Shown one piece after another: positions 17,362-27,048 of a stretch of 64,000 bases of DNA (its first letter is position 1; each line of letters begins with the position of its first letter). The notes beneath the pieces were generated by a model. The model did no database searches and had not been told where the DNA came from. It was given only the letters and a program-made list of their open reading frames with translations. The stretch covers positions 8,282 through 72,281 of the forward strand of contig JAHECO010000002.1 in assembly GCA_024641705.1 (NCBI GenBank), written 5' to 3'. A program made the position numbers and the translations under genes. This DNA comes from Candidatus Kryptoniota bacterium (lineage in GTDB: Bacteria > Bacteroidota > Ignavibacteria > Kryptoniales > JAKASW01).

Positions 17362-18374
17362 TGCGCATAAAGGTACTTCGCGTCGTAGAGTTTGTTTATC
17401 CCGTCTTGATAGACCGCATACTGAAAACCTTTCCTGATCGCGGCACCGCCTACTTCTCCGCGCTTGTTCAAGGCAATATAAGCAAGTTGGAATTCTTTAT
17501 CAGCTTTAATCTGTTTGGAGTGAACCTCAATTGCCCTCTTTATTGCAGTCTCACAGGCTTCCTGCGGAGTCTGCCTGTTCTTCATGCTTTCCACTACGAG
17601 GAAGCTCCCGACGATACGCATGTTTGCCTCGCCGACGCCCGTGGAGGCAGCTGCTCCGACCTTTCCGTCGACGTACAACCCAGCTCCGATTATCGGTGAG
17701 TCACCCACCCTTCCGCGGATCTTCCACGCCATTCCGGAGGTCGAGGTTCCTCCGCTTATCCGCCCTTTCTTGTCCATAGCAAGAAGGCCGATCGTATCGT
17801 GGTTATCGTTGAGGTCGTCCATATCGTGAGGCCCGACCCAGTTGTCCTTGTCGCTCAGGTTCTCTTTCCAGCGAAGCCATGTTTCTCTCGATTGGTCCGT
17901 CAGGAGGTCTACCGGTTTAAACCCGTGAGCAAGGGCAAACTCATACGCCCCCTTCCCGGACAACATAACGTGATTCGTACGCTCCATGACTTTTCTGGCG
18001 ACGCTAACCGGATTCTTGATCTTTTCTATGCAGCCGACTGCACCGCAGTTCATGCGCCAGTCCATTATCGCCGCATCGAGCGTGACTCTCATCGTCTCGT
18101 CAGGCAATCCACCGTATCCTATGCTCGTTATGGAAGGGTCATCTTCCACAACCCATATCCCCTGTTCCACCGCGTCGAGCGAATTCGATCCCCCGCTCAG
18201 CAGTTTCCATGCGGTCTCATTTGCGCGTAGCCCGAAATTCCACGTCGATATCGCTACCGGTGCCGACATCTTTCCTCCTCGTTCTGTGGCCAGACTTTGA
18301 ATTCCAAATTTAGAAGCGGCATACGTTCCAACGCCGACGACGGCGCTCTTCTTGATGAATTCACGCCTTCTCAT
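17358..18374 (-). CDS. Ntn-hydrolase of the asparaginase-2 family (glycosylasparaginase / isoaspartyl peptidase-like), Tat-type signal
   Basis: The N-terminus is [24 protein letters not shown] places the autoprocessing Thr in the usual context, followed by GRVGDSPIIGAGLYVD. Confidence 0.85.
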   Translation of the reverse strand: MRRREFIKKSAVVGVGTYAASKFGIQSLATERGGKMSAPVAISTWNFGLRANETAWKLLSGGSNSLDAVEQGIWVVEDDPSITSIGYGGLPDETMRVTLDAAIMDWRMNCGAVGCIEKIKNPVSVARKVMERTNHVMLSGKGAYEFALAHGFKPVDLLTDQSRETWLRWKENLSDKDNWVGPHDMDDLNDNHDTIGLLAMDKKGRISGGTSTSGMAWKIRGRVGDSPIIGAGLYVDGKVGAAASTGVGEANMRIVGSFLVVESMKNRQTPQEACETAIKRAIEVHSKQIKADKEFQLAYIALNKRGEVGGAAIRKGFQYAVYQDGINKLYDAKYLYAQ

Positions 18375-19843
18375 TTCGACACCTTATAAACAGTGGTCCC
18401 ATCTTTCTTGTCCTCCAGTATCACACCGATGTCCTGCAGCTGAGACCTTATGGCATCAGCCGCCTTGAAGTCTTTGTTCTTCCGGGCATCCGCGCGCATT
18501 TTTATGAGCAGATTAGCCAGATCATTTTCAATGTTCTTCCCGGCCGCGCCCGCGTCTTCCCCGGGAATAATCCCGAGCACTTCACCCGCAAGCGTCCGGG
18601 TGAAAGCGTAGAGCTGACTTGCGACGTCCACGGTCACGCCGACTCCGGAACCTAGGAGCGTATTGATGTCTTTGAACATTTCGAACAGCACGGCTATCGC
18701 AGCCGGCGTATTGAAATCATCGGCCATCGCCGCAAGCCACTCACCGTAATACCTTTTCAAGTCGACGGGCTCCTCGGGCAGATCGTCGAAATTTACCGCC
18801 TTGGCTGAATCGCCGCCCAACGCTTTCAACTCGCGCATTATGTTCTTGAGTCTCTCGAGTCCCTTCCCCGCTCCCTCGACGGCTTCCTCGGAGTAGTCGA
18901 GAGGACTTCTGTAGTGGCTCTGAAGTATGAAGAACCTGATCGTTATTGGATCAAATCTGGCAAAGGCATCCTTCAGAGTTACGAAATTTCCCAGCGACTT
19001 GCTCATCTTCGTGCCGTTTACCGTCACCATATTGTTGTGAAGCCAGTACTTGACGAACGGTTTTCCCGTCGCGGCCTCGCTCTGTGCGATCTCACACTCG
19101 TGGTGGGGAAACTGGTTATCGAGACCGCCGCCGTGTATATCGAACGTCTGACCGAGATACTTCATGCTCATCGCCGAACACTCAAGGTGCCATCCCGGAA
19201 ATCCTTCGCCCCACGGAGACGGCCACCTCATGATGTGCCCCGCTTCAGCCCGCTTCCAGAGGGCAAAGTCCGCGGGATTCTTCTTCTCGCTCCGGACATC
19301 GATCCTTGCACCAGCAATCAGGTCTTCAACCTTCTTTCCTGACAGCCTGCCGTACTGGGGAAACTTCGATACGTCGAAATATACATTCCCGCCGGCTTCG
19401 TAGGCGAAACCTTGAGCTGTCAACTTTTTGGCGAGTTCGATCTGTTCTATTATATGGCCCGTTGCGCGCGGGGAGATGTCGGGTCTCTCGATTCCCAGCC
19501 GGTCCATGTCCTCGAAGTAGCTCCGCATGAAGGTCTCGACTATTGCCATCGGGTTCACGCGGTCTCTCTTCGCCTCTTTTTCAATCTTGTCGTCACCTTC
19601 GTCGGCGTTGTCCGTCAGGTGCCCGACATCGGTTATGTTCTGCACATAAAGCACCTTATAGCCGACGAACCTGAAGAAACGTACGATTGCATCGAACGAG
19701 ACATAACTCTTGCCGTGGCCTATGTGCGAGTGGTTGTAGACGGTAGGGCCGCAAACGTAAATGCCCAGCTTTCCTTCTTCGGTGGGGACAAACTTTTCTT
19801 TCTGTCTGGAAAGCGAATTGTAAAGATAGATATCTGTCTTCAT
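18371..19843 (-). CDS. cysS: Cysteine--tRNA ligase
   Basis: Class I signatures HIGH (HSHIGHGKS) and KMSKS (KMSKSLGN), plus the typical CysRS WPGWHLEC motif. Confidence 0.95.
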   Translation of the reverse strand: MKTDIYLYNSLSRQKEKFVPTEEGKLGIYVCGPTVYNHSHIGHGKSYVSFDAIVRFFRFVGYKVLYVQNITDVGHLTDNADEGDDKIEKEAKRDRVNPMAIVETFMRSYFEDMDRLGIERPDISPRATGHIIEQIELAKKLTAQGFAYEAGGNVYFDVSKFPQYGRLSGKKVEDLIAGARIDVRSEKKNPADFALWKRAEAGHIMRWPSPWGEGFPGWHLECSAMSMKYLGQTFDIHGGGLDNQFPHHECEIAQSEAATGKPFVKYWLHNNMVTVNGTKMSKSLGNFVTLKDAFARFDPITIRFFILQSHYRSPLDYSEEAVEGAGKGLERLKNIMRELKALGGDSAKAVNFDDLPEEPVDLKRYYGEWLAAMADDFNTPAAIAVLFEMFKDINTLLGSGVGVTVDVASQLYAFTRTLAGEVLGIIPGEDAGAAGKNIENDLANLLIKMRADARKNKDFKAADAIRSQLQDIGVILEDKKDGTTVYKVSK

Positions 19844-21555
19844 TTGATTCCGATAAGTTCTTTTGCCCCGGAGATGCTGGATTGGGTCACGTCTTCGCCG
19901 CTGAGCAGTCTGGCAACCTCGAGGACGCGCTCGTCTTCGCTGAGCCTGGCTACATGGGTCACCGCGCGCTTGCCCTTCACACTCTTCTCGACCCTGAAAT
20001 GCACATCGGCCATCCCGGCGATCTGAGGCAGGTGAGTGATCGCAATTATCTGGTGATAGCCGGAGAGATTCTTGAGGCTTCTGCCGACCTTTGCTCCGAT
20101 CCTGCCGCTTATGCCGACGTCGATCTCGTCGAACACCAGGAGGGGGAGCCTGTCGCTTTTCGCCAGGATCGTCTTCATCGCAAGCATGATCCTGGAAATC
20201 TCGCCTCCTGAAGCGACTTTGGCGAGCGGCCGCGGTTCTTCACCGACGTTCGTCGAAATGAAAAACTCAACGGAGTCGAAACCCTTGTCTGTAGTCTCGT
20301 AAAAGTCTTTTCCCAGCCTGACGAGCGGTCTCAGTTCGGCCGCCTCGCCGGAGTATGTTTCGTTCTGTATGTTGATCTCGAATTTCGCGTTCTCTATCCC
20401 GATCTCCGCCAGAACGCCTACGATGCTTCTTGTCACACGCTCGGCCACTTCGCGCCGCTTGGCGGAGAGCCGTTCGGCAATCTCGGAGAGTCCGGTTCTG
20501 GCCGACGCGACATTCGCGCCGAGCTTGTGTATAGCCTCGTCGAAGTTCTCGGCCAGCTCGAATTCCTTGCCTATCTTCTCCCGGTACTCGATTGCCGCTT
20601 CAAGCGAGCCGCCATATTTCTTTCTAAACATCGAAAGCGCGCCGAGCCGCTCCCTGATCTCTTCCAGCCGCTCCGGGTTGAAGTCGATCTTGCTGCTGTA
20701 GCTCTGCACGAACCTTGTAATCTCGTCGACGACGGCCTTTGCGCTTTCGCTCTCTTCTTTGAGGGGATCGAACGACTTGTCTATCTGGGATAGATCCTCG
20801 AGCTGGTTCCGGACGACGACAAGCTGATCGTGTATCGAACTCTCGCTGTCGTAAAGAAGCTCGTACAATTTCATCGTGACTTCGAAGAGCTTCTCGGAAT
20901 TCTCAAGTATCTTGAGCTCCGCCTCGAGCCTGTCAATTTCACCCGGCTGCGGATCGATCGCATCTATCTCTTTGATCTGGAATGCGTACAGCTCGCGCTT
21001 TTCCTTCAGGGCGTCCCTCTTCGAGATCAGATCTTTCAGCTCGGACAACTCCCTGTTCAGGTCACTGTATGCCGCTTTGAAATTCCTGACAAGCGTCTCG
21101 AGACCGCCGAAGTCGTCGAGCAGATCGATGTGTGTCTCCGGCCTGAGCAGGGACTGGTGCTCATGCTGCCCGTGGAGGTCGACCAGGTGGTCTCCAAGCT
21201 CCTTGAGCTGCGCGATCGGAACGGGAGTATCGTTCACAAAGGCACGGCTCTGGCCCTTCTGGCTGACTTCCCGTCTGACGATAATCTCCTCATCGCTCTC
21301 GATCTCCGCGGCATCGAGGAGGCGTTTGACCTTCCTGTTTCCCGAAATCGTAAACACGCCTTCGACGACGGCCTTCTCCGTCCCGCTCCGTACCTCGTCG
21401 GACGTAGCCCGTTCCCCGAGCACGAGGCTGAGGGCATCGATGATTATCGACTTCCCCGCGCCGGTCTCGCCGGTAATTATGTTCAGCCCCGTTCCGAACT
21501 CTATCTCGAGCTCGTCTATCAAGGCGTAGTTCTTTATCGAGAGGCTCTTGAGCAT
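19840..21555 (-). CDS. recN: DNA repair protein RecN
   Basis: MLKSLSIKNYALID, Walker A GETGAGKSIIIDAL, a long coiled coil, and the C-terminal signature SGGE...LLVFDEIDVGISG. Confidence 0.95.
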   Translation of the reverse strand: MLKSLSIKNYALIDELEIEFGTGLNIITGETGAGKSIIIDALSLVLGERATSDEVRSGTEKAVVEGVFTISGNRKVKRLLDAAEIESDEEIIVRREVSQKGQSRAFVNDTPVPIAQLKELGDHLVDLHGQHEHQSLLRPETHIDLLDDFGGLETLVRNFKAAYSDLNRELSELKDLISKRDALKEKRELYAFQIKEIDAIDPQPGEIDRLEAELKILENSEKLFEVTMKLYELLYDSESSIHDQLVVVRNQLEDLSQIDKSFDPLKEESESAKAVVDEITRFVQSYSSKIDFNPERLEEIRERLGALSMFRKKYGGSLEAAIEYREKIGKEFELAENFDEAIHKLGANVASARTGLSEIAERLSAKRREVAERVTRSIVGVLAEIGIENAKFEINIQNETYSGEAAELRPLVRLGKDFYETTDKGFDSVEFFISTNVGEEPRPLAKVASGGEISRIMLAMKTILAKSDRLPLLVFDEIDVGISGRIGAKVGRSLKNLSGYHQIIAITHLPQIAGMADVHFRVEKSVKGKRAVTHVARLSEDERVLEVARLLSGEDVTQSSISGAKELIGIK

Positions 21556-21563
21556 CGGTACGT

Positions 21564-23339
21564 TTACTTGATGTTGAAAAACTTCGCTTCGGGATGGTGA
21601 ACGACTATCGCGGTCGTGCTCTGTTCTGGGACGAGCTGGAACTCTTCCGTGAGAGTCATGCCGATCCGGTCGGGGTGCAGTAGTTCGAACAGCTTCGCCT
21701 GGTCCTCGAGGTCCGGGCAGGCGGGATATCCGAAGGAGTAGCGTGATCCCTGGTAGCCCTGCGAGAAGAGCCGCTTCTTGTCCGGAGCGTCCTGGGAATC
21801 TATGCCGAGCTCGGTCCTGACGATCTTGTGCCAGTACTCCGCAAGCGCCTCGGCACTCTCAACGCTCAGCCCGTGGAGGTATAGATAGTCCTGGTAATTG
21901 CCGGCGTCAAACAGGTGTTTCGTGTACTCGCTCGCCTTCGAGCCGATCGTAACCGCCTGAACTGCGATCACGTCGAATAGACCGGATTCGACCGGCTTGA
22001 AAAAATCGGATATGCATAGGAACCGGTCGTCCATTTGCCGCGGGAATGTGAACCTAAACCACTCTTTGAGGTCACTGCCCTTCAGGTTTCCCGGCCTCAC
22101 AGAATTCCATTTTCCGTACAAATCTTCTTCTGCCGCCGGCCGGTAGATTATGAGGTCGTCCGCTGAAGACCGACACGGGAAATAGCCGTAGATGACCCTG
22201 GGTTCGAACATCCGCTCGCGTTTAACGGTAAGTTTTTGTTCATCGAGTACCGGATAGATTTGGGATTCAAGGAGCTTCTTATACTCTTCCTCGGTTTTGC
22301 CTTTTTTCGAGAATTGCCACTGACCGCGGAAAAGCGCGACCTCGTTAAGGTATTCCCAGATCTTCTCGAGCTTAATATTGGTTGCGACCATGCTTCCGTA
22401 GAACGGAGGCGTCGGAACCGCGACTTCTCTATTCACTTTGCTTCGGACCTTTACGTTTATTCCCTCTCCCCTCGCCGGTTCCCATGTCTCTTTCCGGTTC
22501 AGTTCGAGCGTTTTGTCGAGAGCGGACGAAGCGGTTGTCACGTTCGCCAGCTCGGCAATATCGATTTCCCCCGACTTCACGCCTTCTCCCGACATCGCGG
22601 GATCGTGCAGGCGGGACATGAAGTGCAGACCGTCGAACGCATCGTTCGCGTACGAAACATAGCCGTCATAGACTCTCCGCAGATCCTGCTCGACATATTT
22701 CCTCGTAAGCGCTGCCCCGCCGAGTACGACCGGTATTTTCAAACCCCGCTGTTCCATCTGCTCGAGGTTCTCCTTCATGATAACGGTAGACTTGACGAGG
22801 AGGCCGCTCATCCCGATGGCGTCGGCCGAGTTCGTCTCCGCAGCTTCGATCATGTTCTCGATCGGGACTTTGATTCCAAGATTTATTACGCGGTAGCCGT
22901 TGTTGGTCAGGATTATATCGACGAGGTTCTTCCCGATGTCATGCACGTCCCCCTTGACGGTGGCCAGGACGATCGTTCCCTTCTGCGAGCCCTCCACGCG
23001 TTCCATGAAGGGCTCGAGGTGTTTCACGGCGGCCTTCATCGTCTCGGCCGACTGCAGGACGAAGGGGAGCTGCATCTGACCGCTGCCGAAGAGCTCGCCT
23101 ACTACTCTCATCCCATCCAGCAGGATCTCGTTGATGATCTGGAGCGGTGGATACTTGTCGAGGGCCTTCTTCAGGTCACCGTCGATCCCGATCTTGTCGC
23201 CGTCGATGATCCGTCGTTTCAATTTCTCTTCGAGGCTCAGCGACTCCACAGATTCCACGGCCCTGGTGCCGGACTTTGCACCCGCGTAATAATTCATCAG
23301 CTCGACAAGCGGATCGTAAACGCATTTCAACTCTGCCAT
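21564..23339 (-). CDS. metH: Methionine synthase, C-terminal half (B12 cap, B12-binding and AdoMet-activation domains) as a separate ORF
   Basis: DxHxxG motif (GDVHDIGKNLV), MSGLL, and the activation-domain motif FGYPACPD. The ATG overlaps the upstream TGA (TGATG). Confidence 0.9.
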   Translation of the reverse strand: MAELKCVYDPLVELMNYYAGAKSGTRAVESVESLSLEEKLKRRIIDGDKIGIDGDLKKALDKYPPLQIINEILLDGMRVVGELFGSGQMQLPFVLQSAETMKAAVKHLEPFMERVEGSQKGTIVLATVKGDVHDIGKNLVDIILTNNGYRVINLGIKVPIENMIEAAETNSADAIGMSGLLVKSTVIMKENLEQMEQRGLKIPVVLGGAALTRKYVEQDLRRVYDGYVSYANDAFDGLHFMSRLHDPAMSGEGVKSGEIDIAELANVTTASSALDKTLELNRKETWEPARGEGINVKVRSKVNREVAVPTPPFYGSMVATNIKLEKIWEYLNEVALFRGQWQFSKKGKTEEEYKKLLESQIYPVLDEQKLTVKRERMFEPRVIYGYFPCRSSADDLIIYRPAAEEDLYGKWNSVRPGNLKGSDLKEWFRFTFPRQMDDRFLCISDFFKPVESGLFDVIAVQAVTIGSKASEYTKHLFDAGNYQDYLYLHGLSVESAEALAEYWHKIVRTELGIDSQDAPDKKRLFSQGYQGSRYSFGYPACPDLEDQAKLFELLHPDRIGMTLTEEFQLVPEQSTTAIVVHHPEAKFFNIK

Positions 23340-25168
23340 CAGCTCTCCGCCGCCTCGAACTGCCGTTCGTCGAATATGAGCTGCCGGGATATTTCTCTAC
23401 CGCGTTCCTCGATCTTGTAGAGCGGCATGATCTTCTGCGCGTTGACTATCGCCAGGTCGAGACCTGCCTCAATGGCATAGTAAAGGAAGACCGAGTTGAG
23501 GACATGACGGGCATGGGCGTTGAGGCCGAAAGAGGCATTCGATACACCGAGCAACGTGTAAGCCCGCGGAAATTCGTGCTTTATAAGCTTGATAGCCGCT
23601 ATAGTCTCGATGCCGGCCTTGCGAAACTCCTCGTCACCGGATCCGAGCGTAAATGTCAGCGTGTCGAATATCAGGTCCTCTTCGCGCATGCCGTACTTGT
23701 TCACGGCAAGATCGCGGATCCTTCCGGCAACCTCCAGCTTCTTCTTCCGGGTCTTGGCCATTCCCGACTCGTCTATCGTGAGCGCAATAACCGCCGCGCC
23801 GTACTTCCTGCAGAGCGGCAGGACATTCTTCATCCGCTCCTCGCCATCTTCGAGATTTATGGAATTTACTATCGCCCTGCCGGCGTACCGCTTAAGTGCC
23901 TCCTCGATAACCTTGTATTCCGTCGAGTCGATCATGAGGGGGAGCGCCACCTGGGTGTTGAATCTCTTCATCACCTCCCGCATGTCGCGGACCTCGTCCC
24001 TGCCGACGTATGCCACGCACAGGTCGAGTATGTGGGCCCCTTCCTTTATCTGCTCCTTCGCCAGCTGGACCATGCCGTCGTAGTTCTCGGCGAGGAGGAG
24101 TTCCTTGAATTTCTTGGAACCGTTCGCGTTGCAGCGCTCGCCGACGATGACCGGAGGCGGGTCGAGGTGGAGCGCCACGCTCGAATAGATCGACGATACC
24201 GACGGAGTGTAAGAGACCTCTCTCCGCATCGGTTTTGCCTGGGACGCGATCTTGACGAGTCTCGAGATATGTTCGGGAGTCGTGCCGCAGCAGCCACCTA
24301 TGATGCTCACGCCGAACTCCGTGACAAACCTCTTCATCCAGAACTCCAGCTCGTCGGGCGTGAGGTGGTAGCATGCCTGCCCGCCGATATTTTCGGGAAG
24401 GCCGGCGTTCGGCATGACAAAAACCGGTTTCGGCGAGTTCTCGCAGAGGTACCGGACATTCTCTTCCATTTCTTTCGGACCCGTCGCGCAGTTCATCCCG
24501 AAGACGGTCACTATGTCGTATGGCTCGATAGTCGTAAGGGCCGCCGAAATCTCAGTCCCCATGAGCATCGTGCCCATCGTCTCTATAGTGATCGAGACAA
24601 TTACCGCGATCGGGTTGCCTGTTTCTTCTATATGTTCATGTATCGCCGCCAGCGCCGCTTTGGTCTGGAGCAAATCCTGACAAGTTTCGACGATGAGGAG
24701 GTCCGCGCCGCCGTCGACGAGTCCTTTTACCTGTACTCTGTAAGAGTCCCGCATTTCGTCGAACTCTATATGCCCGAGCGACGGAAGCTTCGTTGTCGGG
24801 CCCATCGAACCGGCGACGTACCTGCGCCTGTCCGGGGTCGAATACTTGTCGACCATCTTCCGCGCGATCTCGGCCGATCGTTTGTTTATCTCGTAAGACT
24901 TATCGGCGAGGCCGTACTCGGCAAGCACTATCGATGCTCCGCCAAAGGAGTTTGTCTCGATAACATCTACACCGACATCTAGGAAACCGCAGTGGACTTC
25001 CTCGGGCGCTTCCGGCCTGGAAATGTTCAGATACTCGTTGCAGCCGGCAAGATCCTCTCCACCGAAATCGGCGGCGGAGAGGTTCTGCCTCTGCAGACTT
25101 GTTCCGGTCGCCCCGTCGAAAACGAGGACCCTATGTTTCAAAATTTCGAGAAGTTCCTGTCCTGTCAT
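23339..25168 (-). CDS. metH: Methionine synthase, N-terminal half (homocysteine S-methyltransferase and pterin-binding domains) as a separate ORF
   Basis: VLVFDGATGT, the Zn-ligand region GGCCGTTPEHI, and pterin-binding blocks (ILDLCVAYVGRDE, LMIDSTE, NSINLEDGEE). Confidence 0.9.
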   Translation of the reverse strand: MTGQELLEILKHRVLVFDGATGTSLQRQNLSAADFGGEDLAGCNEYLNISRPEAPEEVHCGFLDVGVDVIETNSFGGASIVLAEYGLADKSYEINKRSAEIARKMVDKYSTPDRRRYVAGSMGPTTKLPSLGHIEFDEMRDSYRVQVKGLVDGGADLLIVETCQDLLQTKAALAAIHEHIEETGNPIAVIVSITIETMGTMLMGTEISAALTTIEPYDIVTVFGMNCATGPKEMEENVRYLCENSPKPVFVMPNAGLPENIGGQACYHLTPDELEFWMKRFVTEFGVSIIGGCCGTTPEHISRLVKIASQAKPMRREVSYTPSVSSIYSSVALHLDPPPVIVGERCNANGSKKFKELLLAENYDGMVQLAKEQIKEGAHILDLCVAYVGRDEVRDMREVMKRFNTQVALPLMIDSTEYKVIEEALKRYAGRAIVNSINLEDGEERMKNVLPLCRKYGAAVIALTIDESGMAKTRKKKLEVAGRIRDLAVNKYGMREEDLIFDTLTFTLGSGDEEFRKAGIETIAAIKLIKHEFPRAYTLLGVSNASFGLNAHARHVLNSVFLYYAIEAGLDLAIVNAQKIMPLYKIEERGREISRQLIFDERQFEAAES

Positions 25169-25264
25169 TCCACTCTGTTTTGAATCAATTTAGCTGTGAA
25201 TATGGGGAAATTCAAACGAATCAAAAGGAAACGGCGCGCGATCCAAAGTCCTATCGGTGGATGA

Positions 25265-26206
25265 TCAGTTCTCCGCCGAAAGGATGCCGATCTGGGTCAG
25301 TTCGCTCTTGAGAGCAGCCACTATTCTCCTGGTAAGGTCGACGTTGCGTGGGTTGACGTGGTGGGCTTCGAGCCAGACGAGCTTCTTGGGTTCCCTGGCC
25401 TTCTCGTACAGCTCCTCCGCGTAAATCCTTGGGATCTGCTCATCATCGGTTCCGTTTATCATGAGGAGGCGCATCGGTGAAATCTTCTCCGCGTATCGCA
25501 GCGGCTCAAGCGGATGGAGGAGGACGGCCCCGACGATGCTGACGAAGTCGCTCATGAGGGGCCCCTTGTAGCGGCGGACATTGTGGCGTATCATGCCGCG
25601 AAGGTCCCCCCCGCCGAAGACGATTGCGGCCACTGCCGCCCGCCGGTCGTGAGCGGCGATGCACGGGACGAACGGAGCGCCAAAGCTGTATCCGAGTAGT
25701 ATGATCCTCGTGGTGTCGACATCCGGCCGCATCCAGAGGTAGTCAGTCAGCAGCATGACGGATGGAACCATGTCGAGCGCGGCCGTGCGCATCTCAGGGG
25801 CATCGGCCAGGAACTGAGAAAGTGTGTACGATTCGCGGGGATTGTACGGATAATTCGGGGCAGCGATGATCACGTCTTTGATGTCCAGTGCGTAATCGAT
25901 TGCATGCTTTCCCGTTGTCTTTCCCCCAAGGAGTATCACCACGGGGTATCGCTTGTGCTCCTTTTCGCGGGCAGGTGTCAGCAATCCGCACTCGACCGTC
26001 AAACCCGCGTCGCTACGGAGAGTCAGCCACTCTCTCACAAACACGCTGTCCGAGGCAAAAGAAGATAATTCAAAGTTGGCGAGTGTGCCCTTCGTCGCGA
26101 TGAAATAACCACCGTAGTCACGGCCGGCAAAGTACAGACCGCACAGGACCAACATCAGGAAGATTGCGAGAAGTATCAGGAGAAACAGCCTTACGACTTT
26201 CTTCAT
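25265..26206 (-). CDS. Membrane-anchored alpha/beta-fold hydrolase
   Basis: N-terminal TM helix, nucleophile elbow GYSFG, then GTDDEQIP and a C-terminal HH consistent with a Ser-Asp-His triad. The ATG at 26206 (MKKVV) is preferred; 26227 is the alternative. Confidence 0.7.
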   Translation of the reverse strand: MKKVVRLFLLILLAIFLMLVLCGLYFAGRDYGGYFIATKGTLANFELSSFASDSVFVREWLTLRSDAGLTVECGLLTPAREKEHKRYPVVILLGGKTTGKHAIDYALDIKDVIIAAPNYPYNPRESYTLSQFLADAPEMRTAALDMVPSVMLLTDYLWMRPDVDTTRIILLGYSFGAPFVPCIAAHDRRAAVAAIVFGGGDLRGMIRHNVRRYKGPLMSDFVSIVGAVLLHPLEPLRYAEKISPMRLLMINGTDDEQIPRIYAEELYEKAREPKKLVWLEAHHVNPRNVDLTRRIVAALKSELTQIGILSAEN

Positions 26207-26287
26207 GCCCACAGTTGCCCTCCTCACCCAAATATCGCTCGCGGTCCTCGAGTGTTCAATACCCTACCGGATCTCCCTCCGACCTAT

Positions 26288-26366
26288 CACCCCACCACCC
26301 CATCATTCCACTATTCCATCATTCCGTCATCCCCCTATTCCACCACTCCGCCACTCCATCACTCCA
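26288..26366. repeat. Degenerate octamer tandem repeat, about 9-10 units (NNCAYTCC on +; GGARTGRY on -)
   Basis: ATCATTCC ACTATTCC ATCATTCC GTCATCCCC CTATTCC ACCACTCC GCCACTCC ATCACTCC, read directly. It lies between the queC stop (26367) and the hydrolase start. Confidence 0.75.
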
Positions 26367-27020
26367 TTATTCGTAGAGTGTCGGATCCGGAATTCCCGCA
26401 AGTTGAAACGCTTCTTTTCTTTCTACGCAGGTTCCGCATTTGCCGCAATGCAAATCGCCTCCTTTATAACACGAGTATGTCCTCTCGAACGGCACGCCAA
26501 GTTCATTCCCGATAAGGACGATGTCTTTCTTGTGCATATTAACGAACGGGTCTTCTACCTCCACGCCAAGATAGGTGCCGGAACGTCCTGCCTCCGACAT
26601 CGCCCTGAGAAAGTCGGGACGGCAATCGGGGTACACGGCATGGTCGCCGGCATGGGCGGCATAGAGCACTTTCCTTGCATCGAGCGATTCCGCGAACCCT
26701 ATCGCGACCGACAACATGATGCCATTTCTGAACGGGACGACGGTGCTCTGCATCGACGAATCTTCGTAATGCCCTTCTGGTATACTTCCGCCGCTCCGGA
26801 GGAGGTCCGACTTGAACAGGTCGTTGATGAACGGCAGTCTGATGAGCGTGTGGGGAACGCCGGCAAGGTGCGCAATCCCAGTCGCGGCGGCTATTTCCTT
26901 TTCATTGTGTTTGGATCCGTAGTCAAATGTTACGGCGTGAACATCGTAGCCTCTCGAGGCCCAGTAGAGAAGTGTAGCCGAGTCGAGTCCGCCCGATAGT
27001 GTGACGATAGCTTTTTCCAT
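26367..27020 (-). CDS. queC: 7-cyano-7-deazaguanine synthase
   Basis: PP-loop SGGLDS (AIVTLSGGLDSATLLYWA) and the C-terminal Zn cluster CYKGGDLHCGKCGTCVERKEAF. The ATG at 27020 is preferred over the GTG at 27041. Confidence 0.9.
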   Translation of the reverse strand: MEKAIVTLSGGLDSATLLYWASRGYDVHAVTFDYGSKHNEKEIAAATGIAHLAGVPHTLIRLPFINDLFKSDLLRSGGSIPEGHYEDSSMQSTVVPFRNGIMLSVAIGFAESLDARKVLYAAHAGDHAVYPDCRPDFLRAMSEAGRSGTYLGVEVEDPFVNMHKKDIVLIGNELGVPFERTYSCYKGGDLHCGKCGTCVERKEAFQLAGIPDPTLYE

Positions 27021-27048
27021 AATTATCTTTCTGTCTGACACAAAAATT

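Noticed and set aside
22236-24982. Two long plus-strand ORFs (394 aa and 568 aa)
   Set aside because: Both are antisense to the two metH ORFs, whose products carry unambiguous methionine synthase motifs. These are typical stop-poor antisense frames.
25169-25264. Possible cobalamin or SAM riboswitch upstream of metH
   Set aside because: The gap is only 96 nt, too short for a cobalamin riboswitch. I could not recognise a B12 box or SAM-element helices.
26288-26366. CRISPR-like array
   Set aside because: The units are only 8 nt, directly abutting without spacers, and degenerate. There are no cas genes in the window.
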